Shown here piece by piece: positions 58,642-64,000 of a DNA stretch of 64,000 bases. The stretch is taken from contig CATQHZ020000001.1 of assembly GCA_958296135.2 (NCBI GenBank), positions 4,896,001 to 4,960,000 of the forward strand. The letters are read 5' to 3'. The notes beneath the pieces are model-generated. The model made no database searches. It was given only the letters and a program-made list of their open reading frames with translations, and had not been told where the DNA came from. Every line of letters begins with the position of its first letter. The stretch's first letter is position 1. A program made the translations under genes and the position numbers. Source of the stretch: an uncultured Poribacteria bacterium. Its GTDB lineage: Bacteria; Poribacteria; WGA-4E; WGA-3G.

Positions 58642-59044
58642 GCACATTCTCCTTTTCGCCCCTGTAACCGTAGGCGAGGGACAGGCCCTCGCAGTGTGCT
58701 TTGATCGGGAGATTGCGAGAGACAGGTTTTCCCTCGCGCTACGACTTAAGGGAGCTGTATCACAAGTTAGGTTAAAACGCAAGTAACGTTTTTCACGGCC
58801 CAGGACCCTTTAGTTTTCGATTTCTGTGGGATATTGCGAAAATCCACAATGCTCCCTCTCAGTAGGTAAGACTCGCTCGAACAACAGAATGAGAGAACAA
58901 AGACAGGCCGTTCTCCCCGGTAGGAGAGACCGCCCGCGTCTCGATGCACCCCTGCACCGTCCACACAAGGCGGGCGCGCCTCCCGCTCCCAGACACAGGC
59001 CGCGTTCTCCCCGGTAGGAGAGACCTCCCGCGTCTCGATGCACC

Positions 59045-59959
59045 TCACGCGCCAACATTGACAACCTTCAAGGAGAAGTGCGTCCATACCTCATCAAACC
59101 CCTTGTCGCCGAGATACGTGCCGCCGTATGCCGCGACGCGATACGCCTTGCCGGTCGCCGCGCTTAATTGCTCGGCTATCTCAAACAACTCGCTTTCGTG
59201 CCGCGGACGTTCCGGGGCAGTGACGCGACATTTGAGAAAGTTCGGGGGCTGCGAGTGGCGTTCGTCATACGCGAGATGAGCGTAGTCCTTCAAAATCGTT
59301 TGCAGCATCTTCGGCGTTTCACTGCGTCTGCGGATGAGGGCTGCTACGGCTTTCTGGGAGGCTTCTGCCAGCACCTTTGGCGGCGTTGCTGCGGGTGTCC
59401 CGTTGCAGTGCCTGAAAGCAAATTCCTGCCACTCTTCCTCAGCATTGTCGCCGTTTGAATAAGTTGCGCCGTAGGATGCCACCTGATAGGGCTCCCGGGT
59501 CAGAGTGCTAAACCGGCGGGTTATCTCAAAGAGAGCCCGAGGATCCGCCGGGAAGTTCGATGCTAGCACACGACATCTTAAGAGCGTCGGCGGTTCCGAG
59601 CCGCCTTCATCGTATTCAAGGTAGTCGTCATCCGCCAAGAGAGTTTGGAGAGTTCTCGGTATATTGTCTCGTCGAACGAGTTGAACAATCTCCGCTGCTG
59701 CCTCCCGCAGATTTTCGTTTAACTCCTGCCGAGAGATGCCATTGAGTTCATCATCTTCAAGCGTCGCGATGAAGATGCCTTTGCTTAGATCCATGGGGAA
59801 CCCGCTTTTTTGCGCAACGCCATCGCGGGCATACCGGACACGCCCGCCAAAAGTCGGGCCGTACTTCCGGATGTCAAGAAATTCCATCCGAAGAAACGCG
59901 ATGGAATTCCTTTCTTTGACCTCTTTCAGGTCAACGAGACGCATTTCAAATCGGCTCAT
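59045..59959 (-). CDS. Hypothetical protein with an internally duplicated ~85-aa domain
   Basis: LQT.L.D...L.YDE..S.PP..L.CRV...LFEI...Y.VA.YG.TY...W..F occurs twice; AGGAG RBS. Confidence 0.75.
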   Translation of the reverse strand: MSRFEMRLVDLKEVKERNSIAFLRMEFLDIRKYGPTFGGRVRYARDGVAQKSGFPMDLSKGIFIATLEDDELNGISRQELNENLREAAAEIVQLVRRDNIPRTLQTLLADDDYLEYDEGGSEPPTLLRCRVLASNFPADPRALFEITRRFSTLTREPYQVASYGATYSNGDNAEEEWQEFAFRHCNGTPAATPPKVLAEASQKAVAALIRRRSETPKMLQTILKDYAHLAYDERHSQPPNFLKCRVTAPERPRHESELFEIAEQLSAATGKAYRVAAYGGTYLGDKGFDEVWTHFSLKVVNVGA

Positions 59960-59979
59960 CGTTATTTCTCCTAGGATAG

Positions 59980-60585
59980 TTAGAAACCTGATTCAGCGAA
60001 CACCTCAAAACGCCGCTCGACCCAGTCCGGAGGAACATGACTGCGGATAAGCATTTCTGCATCCCGTAGCGAATGCACAAGTGTCTTGAACTGCAGTGTG
60101 AGATTGGGCTCGCAAGGTGCACCTGGTCCCGGTGGTTGAGGGTGCCGGCCCACCAGAAAATCCGACATCAATCCGGGGTTAGCAACCCCTAGCAAAAAAT
60201 CGGGAAGCCCGTTGTGCTGGTAAAATGGAACGGCTCCTTGCGAATCGGCGTGGATCGGATGCTGTAAGGTCTGCACTACTTCCTCAACAGGATCCCAGAA
60301 TTGCAGGTCCCGGGACAAATCTTCTTCAATCCTTATTTCGTAAACGTAGGCTGGATTATCGGGGCTCGGATTCTCCTTACCAAAAAACACGGCATAGGTC
60401 CACGCCACTGCATACGAACGAGTCAACGAAATGTAAGGGCTCTCTTCAGTCCCTATCGCGACATGCGTTATCAATGCCTCGGGTGTCAGACCTACTTCCG
60501 GCAAATGCGCCGCAAAACCCACCCGGCGGGAATCGTTTTTATGCCAATGTGTCCCAATCCCCGCGCCTTTATAGAATGTGGGCAT
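59980..60585 (-). CDS. Putative ADP-ribosyltransferase (enterotoxin A/pertussis S1/scabin-like fold)
   Basis: FYKG...GF...L.THV...SPYISLTRS..VA..YA...YVYEI...DAEML....VP; AAGGAGG RBS; own TTGACA promoter at ~60642-60671. Confidence 0.6.
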   Translation of the reverse strand: MPTFYKGAGIGTHWHKNDSRRVGFAAHLPEVGLTPEALITHVAIGTEESPYISLTRSYAVAWTYAVFFGKENPSPDNPAYVYEIRIEEDLSRDLQFWDPVEEVVQTLQHPIHADSQGAVPFYQHNGLPDFLLGVANPGLMSDFLVGRHPQPPGPGAPCEPNLTLQFKTLVHSLRDAEMLIRSHVPPDWVERRFEVFAESGF

Positions 60586-60874
60586 AAACCCTCCTTGAGA
60601 AATCTTTTTTCGCGATTGACACCGATGTCCAATTCTGATATAATTTACCGCAAATTGAGTCAAAATGTCAAGTTTTTTTGCCGCTATTTTTTCGTATTGG
60701 CGCAAAGCGTTAGGCAGTTGCTTCTGGGGCAATGACCGGATATTACCAGGTCTGCATGCACCGTTGTTGCCTGCTGCGTTCTTGATGCTATTTCAACGAA
60801 GGAATCGCGGTTAGAAAATCGCTCCTGCCTGAACAGCTGGTAACTAGTACCAGACCTAAAGGAGGTAGAGAAAA

Positions 60875-61282
60875 ATGGCAAACGTAAAACACGCCCTAGT
60901 CGAATATCCGATTCAGGATAACGTGCGGCTTGAGGCGTATTGGCGAGACGATGCCGGCGGGCGCGGCCCCGCAGCATCGCTGTATGTGCATGACGACGAG
61001 ATTATGCGCTTCGACTGCTTCGGCGACGATAACGGACACTGCCACTTCAATCTGCGGCAGACGCGCGGCAGAAGATGGATGTACCCCGCTGGTTCGTTCC
61101 GGGACCACATTCAGCAGAGCCTGTTCGATCTCCGAAACAACCTCGGGTTCTGCCTCCAGACGCACCAAGACGAACGGGTGCAGAAGATGCAGATAGACGC
61201 GGCAAGCCTTGAACAAGCATCGCGCGCAATGGCGGCGCAACTGCTGACATTCGCCGATGAGTTGACAGAGGAACCGGCATGA
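60875..61282 (+). CDS. Hypothetical protein
   Basis: AAGGAGG RBS; RFDCFG..GHCH motif; ATGA overlap with nnr. Confidence 0.7.
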   Translation: MANVKHALVEYPIQDNVRLEAYWRDDAGGRGPAASLYVHDDEIMRFDCFGDDNGHCHFNLRQTRGRRWMYPAGSFRDHIQQSLFDLRNNLGFCLQTHQDERVQKMQIDAASLEQASRAMAAQLLTFADELTEEPA

Positions 61283-62895
61283 AGGTTGTCACGGCGGCGG
61301 AAATGCGCCAGATCGACAGCGATACGATAGAACGCATCGGCATTCCCGGCATCGTCCTGATGGAAACCGCCGGGAATGCCATCGTCCGCTCCATCCAACG
61401 TCACTATCCTGACTGCCGGCGCATCAGCATCTTTGTCGGCAAAGGGAATAATGGCGGTGATGGGCTCGTCATCGCGCGGCAGTTGGCGCATGCCGGTTGC
61501 GATGTGCATATTTTCCTCGTCTCTCCCGCGGAAAGTTTTACCGGCGACGCAGCAACGAACCTCCAAATTGCCCAGAATTTAGGGCTGCCGATGGAGGAAA
61601 TCACAGCACCGGTAGAAACCATCTCCCGCGCACAGACAACCGCACCGCATACCGTAGCGCAATGGACTCTGTTTGTCGATGCAATTTTCGGCACGGGACT
61701 CCGCCGACCGGTTGTCGGGAAGATTGCCACGGTGATTGACTGGATGAATCGTCTCCCCGTGCCTACCGTCGCGGTTGACTTGCCTTCTGGGTTGGATGCC
61801 GATACCGGGAAGCCACTCGGCGCGTGTGTTCGCGCAGATAGGACGGTGACTATCGGGCTGCCGAAGCGCGGGCTGTTGTTGCACCCCGGTGCCGAGTTCG
61901 CCGGAAAACTGGAAATTGCAGACATCGGTTTTCCCAAATCGGTTATTGACGCGCAAAATATCGGCGTGAATTGGACAACAGCGCAGGCAGCGACACAGTG
62001 GCTGCCGCCTCGGCCGGATGCCTCTCATAAAGGCAGTTATGGACGCGTCCTCGTCGTCGCCGGCTCAACAGGAATGACAGGCGCGGCGGCTTTGGCCAGT
62101 GAGGCAGCATTGCGCATCGGCGCAGGCATCGTCACCCTCGCAATCCCGAAAAGTCTGAACCCGATTTTGGAGATGAAGCTGTCTGAGGTGATGACGTTGC
62201 CTTTACCAGAAACGGCGGCAGGCAGTTTGGCGGCAGCCGCCGCCGAACCTATCCTCGAATTTGCAGACAAGACAAAATCGGTGATGGCTATCGGGCCGGG
62301 GTTGTCGCAACACCCGGAAACTGTGGCACTTGTCCACCGCTTGGTTCACGCGAAATCGGGATTTAGCATGATAATTGACGCAGATGGGTTAAACGCACTG
62401 AACCAAACCATCACACCTTCTACCGGAGCGCGAGGGCCTGTTCCTCGCGCTCGCTCGAATACTGACATCGTCCTTACGCCGCACCCCGGTGAGATGGCAC
62501 GTTTAATAGGAACAACTATCCCACAAATAGAGGCAGACCGGCTCGGCACAGCACAGAAATTTTCACAGGAATGGGGTGTCACCCTTTTGCTCAAGGGCGC
62601 GCCTACCGTCACCGCGTGTACGGACAGGAGTCTCTGGATAAATTCAACCGGCAACCCCGGCATGGCGACAGCCGGCATGGGAGATGTCCTCACCGGCATC
62701 ATCGCCGGTTTGATGGCGCAAGGGTTGTCAGGCGAAAGGGCGGCTGGGCTTGGCTGTTATCTCCACGGCTTAGCGGGGGACATCGCAGCGGAATCGTTCG
62801 GCATGCATGGATTGACAGCAGGCGATGTGCTAAACGCTGTGCCTCAGGCGATTAAGGCTCAAGACACCCCTGCGAAAACCTCCCGGAGAACGTAG
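61279..62895 (+). CDS. nnr: Bifunctional NAD(P)H-hydrate epimerase/dehydratase (YjeF)
   Basis: LMETAG, GKGNNGGDG, DAIFGTG, HKGSYG, LTPHPGEM and ATAGMGDVLTG. Confidence 0.94.
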   Translation: MKVVTAAEMRQIDSDTIERIGIPGIVLMETAGNAIVRSIQRHYPDCRRISIFVGKGNNGGDGLVIARQLAHAGCDVHIFLVSPAESFTGDAATNLQIAQNLGLPMEEITAPVETISRAQTTAPHTVAQWTLFVDAIFGTGLRRPVVGKIATVIDWMNRLPVPTVAVDLPSGLDADTGKPLGACVRADRTVTIGLPKRGLLLHPGAEFAGKLEIADIGFPKSVIDAQNIGVNWTTAQAATQWLPPRPDASHKGSYGRVLVVAGSTGMTGAAALASEAALRIGAGIVTLAIPKSLNPILEMKLSEVMTLPLPETAAGSLAAAAAEPILEFADKTKSVMAIGPGLSQHPETVALVHRLVHAKSGFSMIIDADGLNALNQTITPSTGARGPVPRARSNTDIVLTPHPGEMARLIGTTIPQIEADRLGTAQKFSQEWGVTLLLKGAPTVTACTDRSLWINSTGNPGMATAGMGDVLTGIIAGLMAQGLSGERAAGLGCYLHGLAGDIAAESFGMHGLTAGDVLNAVPQAIKAQDTPAKTSRRT

Positions 62896-63073
62896 GGCGG
62901 GGGCCTGTCCCCCGCCGTGCCAGCTCATCTCCCGTGGCCCGTAGGGCGGGGGCCTGTCCCCCGCCAAGCATCAAGCGCAAGGGACAGACCTTCGCCCTAC
63001 GGACAGCCGGACAGGCCGAGGGGAATTTGGAACGATACATTCGCGAAAATCTTAATTTTTCAAGGAGACATCA

Positions 63074-63856
63074 ATGGAACTCGGATTGACAGGAAAAGTC
63101 GCCGTCATTACCGGCGGTAGCGAAGGAATTGGCAAAGGTATCGCGACGCGCCTCTCCGCTGAAGGCGCGAACGTCGCTATCTGTGCGCGACGCGAGGAAG
63201 TTTTAACGGATGCAGCAGCGGAAATTCGCGCGCAAACAAGCAGCGAAGTCCTCGCAATTCCCGCAGACGTGACAGCTCCAGAAACGCTGCAGAATTTTAT
63301 CGGACAAACCGCATCCCACTTTGGCAAGATCGACATTTTAATCAACAACGCCGGACGTTCGGCGGCAGACGCGTTTGAAGCGACGAGCGACGCAGAATGG
63401 TACGCCGATCTGGATTTGAAGTTGATGGGCGCGGTGCGTTGCGCGCGTTTGGTGATTCCACACATGAAAGCCAACGGTAGCGGTAGAATCATCAACATTA
63501 CGCATCCGGGTGGCAAACAGCCGGGCGCAGGTTCGGTTCCCACTTCTGTCAGTCGAGCGGCAGGCATCGCGTTGACGAAGGCACTCTCCAAAGAACTTTT
63601 ACCCCATAACATCTTGGTAAACACCGTGTGTCTCACCTCTATTAAGAGCGCGCAGGGAGAACGCGCATGGCAGGCGGCGGGTTCACCGGGAACGCTTGAG
63701 GCATATTGGGACGCGCGCGGCGCGGAGCATCCCCTCGGCCGTTTAGGCGAACCGGAGGAAGTAGGCAATTTAGTCGCCTTCCTCGCTTCAGACTGCGCGG
63801 CGTTTATCACCGGCACCGCGATTAACATTGACGGTGGACTCTCCGCAGTGGTATAA
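63074..63856 (+). CDS. SDR family oxidoreductase
   Basis: TGGSEGIG, NNAG, PLGRLG.PEE and FITGTAINIDGG. Confidence 0.92.
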   Translation: MELGLTGKVAVITGGSEGIGKGIATRLSAEGANVAICARREEVLTDAAAEIRAQTSSEVLAIPADVTAPETLQNFIGQTASHFGKIDILINNAGRSAADAFEATSDAEWYADLDLKLMGAVRCARLVIPHMKANGSGRIINITHPGGKQPGAGSVPTSVSRAAGIALTKALSKELLPHNILVNTVCLTSIKSAQGERAWQAAGSPGTLEAYWDARGAEHPLGRLGEPEEVGNLVAFLASDCAAFITGTAINIDGGLSAVV

Positions 63857-64000
63857 GCATCGCGGTTGCAAACCGCACCTCCCAGCCCCTATCGGAACCG
63901 TAGCACGAGGGAAAACCTGTCCCTCGCAAACCCCATCGGCGCGGTTTCAAACCGCGCCTACCATCCCCGTAGGAGAGACCTCCCGGTCTCGATGCCCGGT

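Noticed and set aside
1-64000. tRNA, rRNA or autonomous transposase/integrase genes
   Set aside because: None recognised by eye; a tRNAscan, Rfam or ISfinder run would be needed to exclude them formally

Overview
GC-rich bacterial window, most likely from Candidatus Poribacteria or a relative. This is an inference from the YPNPFNPETWIPY-type C-terminal domain, LamG and TolB proteins ending in a KLxTTWGxxK tail, and dense GTAG-palindrome repeats. Housekeeping and metabolic genes include rnpA-yidD-yidC-jag-mnmE, an RluB-type pseudouridine synthase, pdxJ, glutamate dehydrogenase, glnE, nadA, nnr and an orphan E1-alpha subunit. They are interleaved with many secreted proteins, including a 2923-aa Ig-repeat protein next to a PorV-like barrel. 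The most unusual structure is a family of nine ~270-aa membrane-anchored HEAT-like paralogs in four same-strand loci. These genes are block-wise mosaics of one another and are joined by a conserved palindromic spacer. Each locus has the same gspC-like head and the same structured leader (core AGATAACGTTTACCAACC) at its tail. Other highlights are a UxxC selenoprotein candidate with a SECIS-like hairpin, a 50-bp element inserted precisely into REP loops, REP-derived peptides in frame inside several proteins, an ADP-ribosyltransferase-like gene paired with an internally duplicated protein, and a G10 tract in a leader ORF. All calls come from reading the sequence; no database searches were run.
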